A stretch of 64,000 bases of DNA from Candidatus Obscuribacteraceae bacterium. Its GTDB lineage: Bacteria; Cyanobacteriota; Vampirovibrionia; Obscuribacterales; Obscuribacteraceae. The position numbers and the translations under genes were made by a program. The DNA is taken from NCBI GenBank assembly GCA_044229845.1, contig JBGASG010000003.1, forward strand, positions 352,001 to 416,000. The letters are read 5' to 3'. The notes beneath the pieces are model-generated. The model was not told the origin of the DNA and ran no database searches. It saw nothing but the letters and a program-made list of their open reading frames with translations. This document shows, piece after piece, positions 46,833-55,892 of this stretch; the stretch's first letter is position 1, and each line of letters opens with the position of its first letter.

Positions 46833-48557
46833 CTACGGGTCCGGCGGATCAGTCGGATCGGCGTGTTTCTTGCCTTCTGCGATGGCGTCCTGCAGTTTCT
46901 TTCGGGTTGATTCATCGTCCATGATCGCCAATGCCTTTCGGTATTGCGCAGCAGCGAAGTAGTGGCGGTGTAAGTGGTCCAGCATATCGCCGTAGTTGAC
47001 GAAGCGATGGAAAATTCGACCGTCGTCCTTGAGACTACGATCTACTTCGAGAGCTTCTTCCATCGCAGCTCGCATCTTTTTCACATAGCCGACGCGGGCG
47101 TAGGAATCAGCCAGGTTTCCCAATGCGTCCGAAAGCGGTGCCGGACGTCCAAGCTGGCGAAGCAGTTCGACTCTCATCTCGGCCCGCTGAATCGCCTTCT
47201 TAGGATGTCCGGTCTCAAACTCGACCTTCGCTAAGTGTCCATAGACGGTGGCCAGGTATAGAGTTTGATGTCCGTCCTCCTCGAATTGATCGCGAGCTGA
47301 ATCCAGCGCACTGCGAGCCGTGGCCCAGTCTCGATCGCTCATAGCCGCCGCTGCCAGGTTGTAGTAAAGCTCGCCCATCTGAACATGGGTCAGCGTATCC
47401 TGCCCTGCTAGTTCGATTGCCTTTTTTGAATGAAACGCGGAGGTCTGGTAATTGGTGTTTCTGAATTCTTCGCCGGCGATGGCGGCCTCTTTTTGCCAGG
47501 CAGGAGTGAACGCCTGGCGGTTCACCGCAAAATATCCGACCGAAATCAAGCTGCCGGCGAAGATCAACGCCATCACAGCAGTGACGACAATGACGGTGCG
47601 CGAAACGCGTTTCGGTTTCTTCCTCTTGATGGCAATTTGGATGGGGTTGCCGGCGCGCAAAGCATCCATCAGATCCGCTATTTCCTGAACTGATTGCGGA
47701 CGCATCTCCTTCTGCTTTTCGAGGCACCAGAGACTTATGGACTCCAGGTCTGACAGCAGCGGTGTATTCAATGCCAACGGTGTCGGCGGCTTATCGACGT
47801 GCGACGACATGTAACCAAATGCGGTGTCATGCACAAAAGGTTTCTTACCGGAGAGTGCCTCGTACATGCAGCAACCAAGAGAGTACAGATCGGTTCGGAA
47901 GTCGACACGCTCGCCTTTGCATTGTTCGGGGCTCATGTAAGCGGGTGTGCCTAGAGACGCACCAGTCTGGGTGAGATTGGCACCGGAATCGTTTTCGGGC
48001 GAGACGAATTTAGCCAGTCCAAAGTCGAGCACTTTTACGCAGCCCTTCTCTGGACCTTCGTCGACGATAAAGATGTTGCTGGGTGTCAGATCGCGGTGCA
48101 CGATATCGGCACGATGAGCGGTTGCAATGCCTTTCGTCACCTGCTGGAATATCTCCAGAAATCGATCACTGGAGAGTCCATTGGGTGCCGCTTTGATCTC
48201 ATCAGCCAGTGTGTGCCCGCCTAGATAATCCATAACCAGGTAGGGACGTCCGAACCAGTAGCCATAGTCCTTGACGCTGAGGATGTTCTGGTGCGACAGC
48301 ATGCTGGCGGCTTGAGCCTCTTGCTTGAATCGCGCCACCTTGCTGGCATCCCAGGCGAGGTGAGGGTGCAACAGCTTGAGCGCACAATAGCGCTCCAGCT
48401 GCAAGTGCCAGGCCTTCACGACTGAGCCCCAGCCTCCGCTGGCAATTATGGTTTCGACCCGGTACTGCTCGTTGATCACCGCTCCGGGCAGTGTTTCCGA
48501 GTCGGGGGCTGGTCCTTGATCTTCTTTGCCTAGAAGGATGTCGGGCTCGACGTCCAA
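46833..48557 (-). CDS. Hanks-type Ser/Thr protein kinase with TM helix and C-terminal TPRs
   Basis: SGGWGSV, ALK, HRDLTPSN, DFGLAK, GTPAYMSPEQ, DLYSLG; TM; TPR-like repeats. Confidence 0.93.
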   Translation of the reverse strand: MDVEPDILLGKEDQGPAPDSETLPGAVINEQYRVETIIASGGWGSVVKAWHLQLERYCALKLLHPHLAWDASKVARFKQEAQAASMLSHQNILSVKDYGYWFGRPYLVMDYLGGHTLADEIKAAPNGLSSDRFLEIFQQVTKGIATAHRADIVHRDLTPSNIFIVDEGPEKGCVKVLDFGLAKFVSPENDSGANLTQTGASLGTPAYMSPEQCKGERVDFRTDLYSLGCCMYEALSGKKPFVHDTAFGYMSSHVDKPPTPLALNTPLLSDLESISLWCLEKQKEMRPQSVQEIADLMDALRAGNPIQIAIKRKKPKRVSRTVIVVTAVMALIFAGSLISVGYFAVNRQAFTPAWQKEAAIAGEEFRNTNYQTSAFHSKKAIELAGQDTLTHVQMGELYYNLAAAAMSDRDWATARSALDSARDQFEEDGHQTLYLATVYGHLAKVEFETGHPKKAIQRAEMRVELLRQLGRPAPLSDALGNLADSYARVGYVKKMRAAMEEALEVDRSLKDDGRIFHRFVNYGDMLDHLHRHYFAAAQYRKALAIMDDESTRKKLQDAIAEGKKHADPTDPPDP

Positions 48558-48672
48558 GTTTTGACCATCCTGAGCTGTTTCGACCCCAATTTTATACCCG
48601 GGGCAGCGGTTTTGGGCACAATGGAGATAGCAATTGCGGCAGTCCTTGCCACAGGCGGTGCAAGAGAGCTAT

Positions 48673-49890
48673 ATGGCAGCCACCGACGACCTAGACGCCA
48701 GGACAACCACACGCGAGGCGGATCCGACGATAGACGTGACCTGCTCGTCAAATGATGAGCAGCAACTGCCGTCCATGACTGATCCGCTTCAGTCCGATGC
48801 CGCGACCGATAGCGAGACCAGCGCGCCGGAACAGGTTCAGATGAAGGCGGTTGGTGCAAAGAAGCCCTGGTTCAATCCGGTCTTTTTCTTATCGGTCGCG
48901 GCACTGGCCATGGGCGTAATCTACTTCGATGCCTGGATAGGTCCGGATACCAGATTTGTCGCTCGCGAGTATGCAAAAGAAGAGCCGGATCGTCAGGAGC
49001 TGATTGCCACCAAAATCGAGTTCAGACTGCGTCGCGCCGAGATGTTCTTTCACAACGACGAAAAGATCTATCAAGCTCGGCTCAATCTGGCCAAGCTACA
49101 GTTTTATCGAGGAAACTACGACCGCGCCGTGCGACTACTGGAGATCGCCAATGAGAACGTACCGAAGGCCAGTCCTGTAAGTGGTGCATTCTGGGCGCAG
49201 GCTCGCGCCTACGAAGACAAATCCCGATATTCGGATGCGGCCAATTTGATCAAGATGTGGAAGAGGAAGATGCCACCCGGCTACGATGTCGCATTCGATC
49301 TGGTGCCTTTCTATGAATACTCAGCCAGAATATACAAAGCGCTGGGAGATCAAGAGAACTATGCTCGCAGCATCGACTTGGCTGAAAAATCGAGATATGT
49401 GCCTCGCGATTACTGGGAGCCATTGACTCCCAACTCGACCAGCGCGGTCATGACGGACGCGCTACCGACTGAGTACAAGCAGGCACTCAACGCCATGATG
49501 AAGAACAATCTGCCTGAGTCCGAGCGCCTGTTGAAACAAATCGTCGGCGACAGCCGCTACGGTTTTCAGGGACGGCTGCGAGCGGAGGTGATGCTGCCAG
49601 TGGTGCTGGTCATGCAGGACAAATTCGACGAATCGAACGATCACTTTCTCAGAGCCTACCGCTCTCTGGCGCTCTTAGATCGCGACGACCCCTTTGCCCG
49701 CAGTTCACAGGCAGTGCTCGTCCACGCCAAACTTCGTGCGGCCCGAGCGGTCGGAGACAAGCGCCTTCTCAAAGCCCTTCCAACTTCAGAATGTTCCGGA
49801 CGAATGAACTTCGAGCACATGGCAGAAAGCGATGAGCCACCACTCTGGAAGACCATACGCGCCGCCGGCGGCACTAACCTGAGACAATGA
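48673..49890 (+). CDS. Single-TM TPR-like protein (paralog 4 of 4)
   Basis: Acidic N-terminus, TM, LAKLQFYRGNYDRAVRLLE, VMLPVV motif. Confidence 0.75.
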   Translation: MAATDDLDARTTTREADPTIDVTCSSNDEQQLPSMTDPLQSDAATDSETSAPEQVQMKAVGAKKPWFNPVFFLSVAALAMGVIYFDAWIGPDTRFVAREYAKEEPDRQELIATKIEFRLRRAEMFFHNDEKIYQARLNLAKLQFYRGNYDRAVRLLEIANENVPKASPVSGAFWAQARAYEDKSRYSDAANLIKMWKRKMPPGYDVAFDLVPFYEYSARIYKALGDQENYARSIDLAEKSRYVPRDYWEPLTPNSTSAVMTDALPTEYKQALNAMMKNNLPESERLLKQIVGDSRYGFQGRLRAEVMLPVVLVMQDKFDESNDHFLRAYRSLALLDRDDPFARSSQAVLVHAKLRAARAVGDKRLLKALPTSECSGRMNFEHMAESDEPPLWKTIRAAGGTNLRQ

Positions 49891-51259
49891 CCGGGATTCC
49901 CGCAACCGCCGGAGACTCGTCGTCAGTCAGCCAGCCTACGGCCTTTCCAAACAGATCGTAAGGTTTGGCAGAGGTGATTTCGACTTTGACGATTTCAGCA
50001 AACGCGCGATCATCGAGCGAGTCGGCGCTGATATACACCTGGTTGTCGATTTGTGGCGCGTCCCATTGAGTGCGTCCGTAGAATAGTTTTTTCGCTTCGT
50101 CGAAGCCTTCAACCAACACGTCCACAGTCTGTCCAACCAGACGCAGATTGCGCTTGGAAGATATCTCGTGTTGCGCTTCCATAATTTTGCGGCGGCGCTC
50201 TTTTTTCACGCGTTCGGGAATCTGATCTTCCATGTTGCCGCTTGGTACTTCGGTTTGTCGCGAATAAGTAAAGACACCGAGGCGGTCGAATTCATGTTCA
50301 CGAATGAAGTTCAAAAGGTGCTCGAACTGCTCGTCCGTTTCTCCAGGGAAACCAACGATGAAGGTGGAGCGCAGTGCGGACTCCGGAAGAATCTCGCGTA
50401 TCAGCTTAACGGCCTTCTCAGGCTTCTGTGGTCTAGCCATGGAGGAAAGCACCTCGGGATGGCTGTGCTGCAAGGGAATATCGACGTACTTAACGACTTT
50501 CGGCAGGCGTGCCATTGCCCGGAGGAGCTGTTCGTTGGTCTCGGTCGGATAGAAGTACATGATGCGTATCCAATCGAGTCCCTCGATTTCGTGGAGCGCC
50601 TCGAGCAGTTCCGGCAGCGCCATGCGCCCGTATATATCCAGACCATAGTAGGTCGTGTCTTGCGAGATCAGGATAATCTCTTTAGTGCCTGATGCCACCA
50701 GAACGCGCGCCTCTTTGACCAGAGACTCGATGGTGCGTGAACGGAACTTGCCGCGCAGCATCGGAATGATGCAGAACGAACAGGTGTGATCGCAGCCCTC
50801 TGCTACTTTCAGGTAAGCAGATGCACCGATGCCGGTCTGCATGCGAGGCTGGACCTCATCAATATGGTCGTTCGGCGTTGCCGAGACTTGCACCACGCGC
50901 AGTGACGAATCTTCCGCAACGGCTTTCACCACATCGACAATCTTATGAATATCTCCGGTGCCTACTACGGCACGAGCCTCCGGCAGCTCCTTGAGCAGTT
51001 CCTCGCGGAAATGCTGCGCAAGGCAGCCGGCGATAATCAATTCTTTGCCATCGCAAGCCAGTTCAACCAGGTTGCGCACCGACTCGCGGCGGGCATCCTC
51101 GATGAACGAACAAGTGTTGACGAGGCACATCTCAGCTTCGTCATTATCGAAAGTGATTGTAAATCCGGCTTCCCGCAGAAGTCCGAGCATCACTTCCGTA
51201 TCAGTTTGATTCTTCGGGCATCCCAATGAAACGATGCCAATCTTTGGACTGTGCAACAT
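49874..51259 (-). CDS. rimO: Ribosomal protein S12 methylthiotransferase
   Basis: SLGCPKN, VNTCSFI, AEGCDHTCSFCIIP, FIVGFPGET, C-terminal TRAM domain. Confidence 0.96.
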   Translation of the reverse strand: MLHSPKIGIVSLGCPKNQTDTEVMLGLLREAGFTITFDNDEAEMCLVNTCSFIEDARRESVRNLVELACDGKELIIAGCLAQHFREELLKELPEARAVVGTGDIHKIVDVVKAVAEDSSLRVVQVSATPNDHIDEVQPRMQTGIGASAYLKVAEGCDHTCSFCIIPMLRGKFRSRTIESLVKEARVLVASGTKEIILISQDTTYYGLDIYGRMALPELLEALHEIEGLDWIRIMYFYPTETNEQLLRAMARLPKVVKYVDIPLQHSHPEVLSSMARPQKPEKAVKLIREILPESALRSTFIVGFPGETDEQFEHLLNFIREHEFDRLGVFTYSRQTEVPSGNMEDQIPERVKKERRRKIMEAQHEISSKRNLRLVGQTVDVLVEGFDEAKKLFYGRTQWDAPQIDNQVYISADSLDDRAFAEIVKVEITSAKPYDLFGKAVGWLTDDESPAVAGIPVIVSG

Positions 51260-51295
51260 ATTTTTCGACTGTGACTGACTGAGACTCTGACCGGT

Positions 51296-52372
51296 TTAGT
51301 CGGTATCAAGTCGACCGTCGTAGCGATAAGGCACATCGATAGATCTGCTACCGCCGCCGCCACCACCGCCGTCAATAGACCTGGTCCCTTCGCCGATAGA
51401 GCGATAAGTTGGGCTACTGCGCTTGGTCGAACTTGCCGTCTTGCGAACTTTCGGTGCGCTGATGGTGGTCGTTGAGGCTGTCTTCGTCGGAGTAGCCGCA
51501 GCATCTGCCGGAGTAGTGGGAGATGCACCGGTGGCGACGAAGGCGCGCTCTGTGACCTTACCAGCTGCGCCGAGGGTTTCTATTTTACCCTTATAGTCCA
51601 CTGACAAGCTGCCGCCGTTGCCGGCCCGAATTCTGAAGCCCTGCGAGTCCGAAAAGTCACGCCTGTCGCCCTGTTCGAGATATCCAGTGTATAGACTTTC
51701 GCCCGAAGAGACTGCCTTAACTTCTACCCATACATGCTGGTTGGCCGATACGGTGATTTTGCCGCCATCGGGTTCTGGTGCGGCTTGCGTGGTGGTGCCG
51801 GTAGCGGGCATCGTCTGTCCCGGTCCGCCACTAGCCGGATTGTTGGCAGCAACCCGTTGCGCAGAATCTCTTAATGAAAGAACCGCGGGATCTTGCTGAT
51901 TGTTGTTGTTGCTCTGTCCCATCAGAAACGTGAACAGACATAGCACCATGACCACCAGAACCGTATTGAACACCCAGGTCTTGTAGTTAGGCGGTGCCGT
52001 ATTGATGCGGGCCTTGTTCAGATATTCGGGATGGACGTAGACCGGTTGGTTCTGCGGATAACGACCATTGCCGTTGTTGCGACCGTTGCTCTTACCGTTG
52101 CTGCTGCCCTCCTGCGAGGCAACCCGCTTGAACTCATCGGATAGCACAGAGCCATCCAAACCTACAGTCTCTGCATATCGCTTGATAAAGCCGGCCACAT
52201 AAACGACTTCCGGCAATCCTTCGGTATTGCCTTCATCGAGCGCCTGCAAGTGATTGATTGGAATTTTCGTGCGCTCGCAGACTTGCCGCAGAGACAGCCC
52301 ACGCGATTCCCGCGCAGATTTCAGTTTCTGTCCAATGGCAGCAAAGGTAGTAAATGATTCGGAGTTTGTCAT
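51296..52372 (-). CDS. rodZ: RodZ-like protein (HTH, TM, DUF4115)
   Basis: GQKLKSARE..GLSL...L.ALDEG...LP..VY..GFIKRYA; TM; WVEV...IRAGNGG. Confidence 0.88.
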   Translation of the reverse strand: MTNSESFTTFAAIGQKLKSARESRGLSLRQVCERTKIPINHLQALDEGNTEGLPEVVYVAGFIKRYAETVGLDGSVLSDEFKRVASQEGSSNGKSNGRNNGNGRYPQNQPVYVHPEYLNKARINTAPPNYKTWVFNTVLVVMVLCLFTFLMGQSNNNNQQDPAVLSLRDSAQRVAANNPASGGPGQTMPATGTTTQAAPEPDGGKITVSANQHVWVEVKAVSSGESLYTGYLEQGDRRDFSDSQGFRIRAGNGGSLSVDYKGKIETLGAAGKVTERAFVATGASPTTPADAAATPTKTASTTTISAPKVRKTASSTKRSSPTYRSIGEGTRSIDGGGGGGGSRSIDVPYRYDGRLDTD

Positions 52373-53160
52373 AGAGCGGACTTCAATAGCTTCACTTCTG
52401 CGTCATCGAGATAACGCCAAGATCCAAGAGGCATCCCTCCCAATTGTAACGCACCAACTGCCAGGCGCACCAAGCGAGATACCGGATATCCAAGATGATC
52501 ACACATCCGACGAACTTGCCTGTTTCGTCCCTCGCGCAGGGTGATCTCCAGCTCACTATAAGATTTATTGCGGTCGACAAGGGTCACGCCGGCGGGCAAA
52601 GTCAGCCCATCGCTGAGCTCAACGCCCGCCCGCAGCTGCTCTATCGCCTTTTCTGTGACTTCTCCTTTGACCTGCACCCAGTAGAGCTTGGTCATCTGAT
52701 GCTGCGGATGAGTCAGCTTCTGAGTCAGTTCTCCGTCGTTAGTAAGTATCAAGAGCCCCTCTGAATACATGTCAAGACGTCCTACCGGACGTAAATGCCG
52801 AAGCTCTGCCGGCAGCAGATGCAGCACATCCTGTCGCCCTTTTTCGTCTCGCGTGGTCGTCACGACACCGGGCGGTTTGTGGAGTGCCACGTAGAGATAT
52901 TGCTTAATGGAGAGCGGCTTGCCGTCCACGCTCAGGCGGTCTTGGTCCGGATCTACCGGCAGCCAAAACTCGTGTGTCACTTGCCCATTGACGCTGACGC
53001 GTCCGGCTTCGATCAGCTCGTCGGCCTGACGGCGAGAGCAGAAGCCGGTCTTAGCCAGCGCCTGGTTGAGGCGCAGCGTACTTTTTGTACTTTGCGCACT
53101 TTCGGCGTTTTTCGTACTTTTTGTACTTTTCTGGGACTTGCCTTTGGGGGACTTGGTCAA
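52369..53160 (-). CDS. rluB: rRNA pseudouridine synthase (RsuA/RluB family)
   Basis: S4 domain SRRQADELI..GRV.VNG, HKPPG, PVGRLD, EGRNRQVRRM. Confidence 0.9.
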   Translation of the reverse strand: MTKSPKGKSQKSTKSTKNAESAQSTKSTLRLNQALAKTGFCSRRQADELIEAGRVSVNGQVTHEFWLPVDPDQDRLSVDGKPLSIKQYLYVALHKPPGVVTTTRDEKGRQDVLHLLPAELRHLRPVGRLDMYSEGLLILTNDGELTQKLTHPQHQMTKLYWVQVKGEVTEKAIEQLRAGVELSDGLTLPAGVTLVDRNKSYSELEITLREGRNRQVRRMCDHLGYPVSRLVRLAVGALQLGGMPLGSWRYLDDAEVKLLKSAL

Positions 53161-53189
53161 AAAACTTACGTCGACTTTACGTTGGTCGT

Positions 53190-53522
53190 TTACGTATTGT
53201 TGTTATCAGGATCTTTGAGTCCTACTTTCTTGCCCTGCAGATCTTGCAGCTTGCTGGTGATCTGGTCACGCGTTTCCTGCAACTGCTCTTTGGTCTGCTT
53301 GAGCATTGTTTCGCTCTTGTTCTGGAAATCGGTGAGAGCTTGTTCGGAGCGTTCGCGAATATCGGAGACCTGGGTGCTGGCGCTGCGATAAATTTCGTCG
53401 GATTGGTCGGCCAGTTGGCGGCGCAGTTCAGCACCGGATTTCGGCGCTGTCAGCATGCCGAACAAGAAGCCCAGGAAGCCGCCGACCAGCAGCCCTTCAA
53501 AGAACCGGTTCGAGTTAGCCAT
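53190..53522 (-). CDS. YtxH-domain protein
   Basis: FFEGLLVGG...LTAPKSGAELRRQL followed by a coiled coil. Confidence 0.9.
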   Translation of the reverse strand: MANSNRFFEGLLVGGFLGFLFGMLTAPKSGAELRRQLADQSDEIYRSASTQVSDIRERSEQALTDFQNKSETMLKQTKEQLQETRDQITSKLQDLQGKKVGLKDPDNNNT

Positions 53523-53967
53523 GTTTTTCTCCTTTCAGGGGTGCATCCGCGGTGACATCACCGGCGGTGCGATCGGCTGTGATTTGATGTGCGTGATCGT
53601 GGTTTCCTTCAAAGAAGGCTTGAATGCCGGCGAAAAGACCGGCGCCGAAGATAGAGGTCTGCTTCGAAGCCGAATTCACAGCATGGTTGACCGAGCCCGA
53701 GACGTCTTCGATCTTGGTACTGACTTGCGTGATGTTTTTGGCGGCGGAACTGCGAATCTGATCCAGTCCATCCATGACTGATCGCACTTCTACGAGCGTT
53801 GGCGGAATCTCCCGCTTGACGGTCTCGGAGAGATCTTCGATGGCATTCAACGTGCGCACCGATTGCGAAATCAGCGGCATCACGGAAGTGACGAGAATCA
53901 GAGCTGACACCGCCAGTAGAACCAAAGCGATGATCAGGGCCGCATTTACAACCTGCGTTTGGTCCAC
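53515..53967 (-). CDS. DUF948-like membrane protein
   Basis: N-terminal TM, REIPPTL motif, amphipathic helix; lies between two YtxH genes. Confidence 0.7.
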   Translation of the reverse strand: MDQTQVVNAALIIALVLLAVSALILVTSVMPLISQSVRTLNAIEDLSETVKREIPPTLVEVRSVMDGLDQIRSSAAKNITQVSTKIEDVSGSVNHAVNSASKQTSIFGAGLFAGIQAFFEGNHDHAHQITADRTAGDVTADAPLKGEKHG

Positions 53968-53979
53968 GAGTTCAGCCCT

Positions 53980-54339
53980 TTATCTGTGCTGGAACGGCAA
54001 TACGGAGGAGCCGCCGGTCTCGATCTCTTCGCGCTTCTTGGCGGCGGCCAGTTTGTAGGCGCCGACAGCGCGCTTGAGACGGAGTGTCTGTTCTTCCATC
54101 AAAGCTTGCAGGTAGTTGACGCCTGTCGCATAGAGATCGAGGGAATCGTCAACAACGTTGGTGACACGGTCTGGCATGGTGCGCGCGGTTTCTTTCAGAT
54201 GCCCACGCATTTCCGTACCGGATTTAGGCGCTGTGAGGACGGCGATGGTGGCACCACCTACGGCACCGAGAAGCAATCCGATTAGCCACAATCCCAAGCC
54301 GGAATCGCTGGAATCATTGCGGTCGTCGTTTGAGCTCAT
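53980..54339 (-). CDS. YtxH-domain protein
   Basis: GLLLGAVGGA..AVLTAPKSGTEMR. Confidence 0.88.
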   Translation of the reverse strand: MSSNDDRNDSSDSGLGLWLIGLLLGAVGGATIAVLTAPKSGTEMRGHLKETARTMPDRVTNVVDDSLDLYATGVNYLQALMEEQTLRLKRAVGAYKLAAAKKREEIETGGSSVLPFQHR

Positions 54340-54502
54340 TAGTTACTCCCCACCTGTGTTACGAGTGTTCAGAAACTTCAAGATCGCTCGTCACAGATGA
54401 CGACGCCCATGCAGCCCTTACTTACCACAGTGGAGTATATCACCTATAGGGTTGTCACCGATTTGCTCGGTTACGACTGTTTTACGCCCGCCGACGACCG
54501 AT

Positions 54503-55792
54503 TTACTGGGCGACTACAGACTTTTCGTTGTGCGAGAAACGCTGCGCCAGAAGGTTGCAGATGTGCTCGGCGATGGAGCGCTTGGGCATGCGGGGCAGGT
54601 TTTCGCGGGTGCCTTCCGCCGACAAGATGACAACCGCATTGTAGTCGCTGCCGAAGCCTATGTCCGGCACGGTGATGTCATTACCTACGATGATGTCGAG
54701 TTGTTTGCGTTTCAGCTTCGCCTGGGCGTTGTTCATCAATTCTTCCGACTCGGCGGCGAAGCCGATGATGACTTGATTTTTGCGCTTAATTTGCCCGAGC
54801 AAGTCCAGAATATCGGGGTTCTTGGTCAACTCGAGCACCAAATCTTCTGATTCGCTCTTCTTGATTTTTTTGTTGGAAACGTGAATAGGTCGGTAATCAG
54901 CCACCGCCGCCGTCATGATCAATCCATCACAGGTGTCGAACTCTGCTTCCACCGCTTCCTGCATTTCCTGCGCGGTTTCGACGAAGATGGAGGGATAGGG
55001 TCTGTCGACTTCCACAGTTGTGATCAAGGTGACATCGGCTCCGCGCGCATAGGCGGCATCGGCAACGGCAATGCCCATTTTGCCCGACGAGCGATTGCCT
55101 ATGAAACGCACAGGATCGATGGCTTCGCGTGTACCCCCGGCGGTCACCAGTACTTGCCGCCCCGTCAACGAACGGTGCGCGGCGAGGCGCTCGGCAACTG
55201 CCTGCACGACAGTCTCCACGCCGGCCATCTTGCCGACTCCCCAATCGCCGCAAGCCATCTCTCCGGCTTCCGGTGCGATTACTTCGTAGAGATAACGATG
55301 CTGCACCAGTGAAAGGTTGTGCTGCGTGGCGGGATGCTCCAGCATCAGCGGGTTCATGGCGGGCGCCAGCATAATCGGCGCCTGGCTGGCCAGAACCATC
55401 GTCGTCAAAAGGTCATCGCAGATGCCGCCGGCCAGCTTAGCGATGATGTTGGCGGTAGCCGGCGCAATCAAAATCAGGTCGGCATTCTGAGCCAGTTCGA
55501 TGTGTTCGGGGCGCCAGTTGCCCTGTGAATCTTCATACTGCTCGCAGTGCACCGGATTGCGTGTCAGTGTCTGCAAAGTCAAGGGAGTGATGAATGCCTT
55601 CGCGTGCGGCGTCATGACGCAATGGATGTCGGCGCCCGTCTTTCGCAGCTTGGAGGCCAGGTCGCAAGCCTTGTAGGCTGCGATGCCGCCTGAGATGCCC
55701 AGGATTACGGTTTTACCGGCGAGCAATCCCGAACCTTCTTCGGGAAGGTCATCGAATGGTTGCTTGCGGACTGACATGTCTTCTTTGCTCAT
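54503..55792 (-). CDS. coaBC: Bifunctional phosphopantothenoylcysteine decarboxylase/synthetase
   Basis: GGIAAYKA, APATAN, PAMN, TAGGTREAIDPVRFIGNRSSGKMG, AAVADY, GFAAE. Confidence 0.97.
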   Translation of the reverse strand: MSKEDMSVRKQPFDDLPEEGSGLLAGKTVILGISGGIAAYKACDLASKLRKTGADIHCVMTPHAKAFITPLTLQTLTRNPVHCEQYEDSQGNWRPEHIELAQNADLILIAPATANIIAKLAGGICDDLLTTMVLASQAPIMLAPAMNPLMLEHPATQHNLSLVQHRYLYEVIAPEAGEMACGDWGVGKMAGVETVVQAVAERLAAHRSLTGRQVLVTAGGTREAIDPVRFIGNRSSGKMGIAVADAAYARGADVTLITTVEVDRPYPSIFVETAQEMQEAVEAEFDTCDGLIMTAAVADYRPIHVSNKKIKKSESEDLVLELTKNPDILDLLGQIKRKNQVIIGFAAESEELMNNAQAKLKRKQLDIIVGNDITVPDIGFGSDYNAVVILSAEGTRENLPRMPKRSIAEHICNLLAQRFSHNEKSVVAQ

Positions 55793-55892
55793 GGCCTGTA
55801 TTTACCTGATTCGTCTTCCAACTGCTTATTCTATATCGTTTCTGGCTCGCGGCTGCGGTAGAATTTCCCACTATTGCAACTGGGAGATCCGC

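Noticed and set aside
53079..53135. Short 9-bp-type repeats encoding KST units at the pseudouridine synthase N-terminus
   Set aside because: Ordinary low-complexity basic tail; no further structure.
53190..54339. YtxH-DUF948-YtxH trio as a novel system
   Set aside because: YtxH/DUF948 linkage is a known widespread arrangement; only the duplication is mildly notable.
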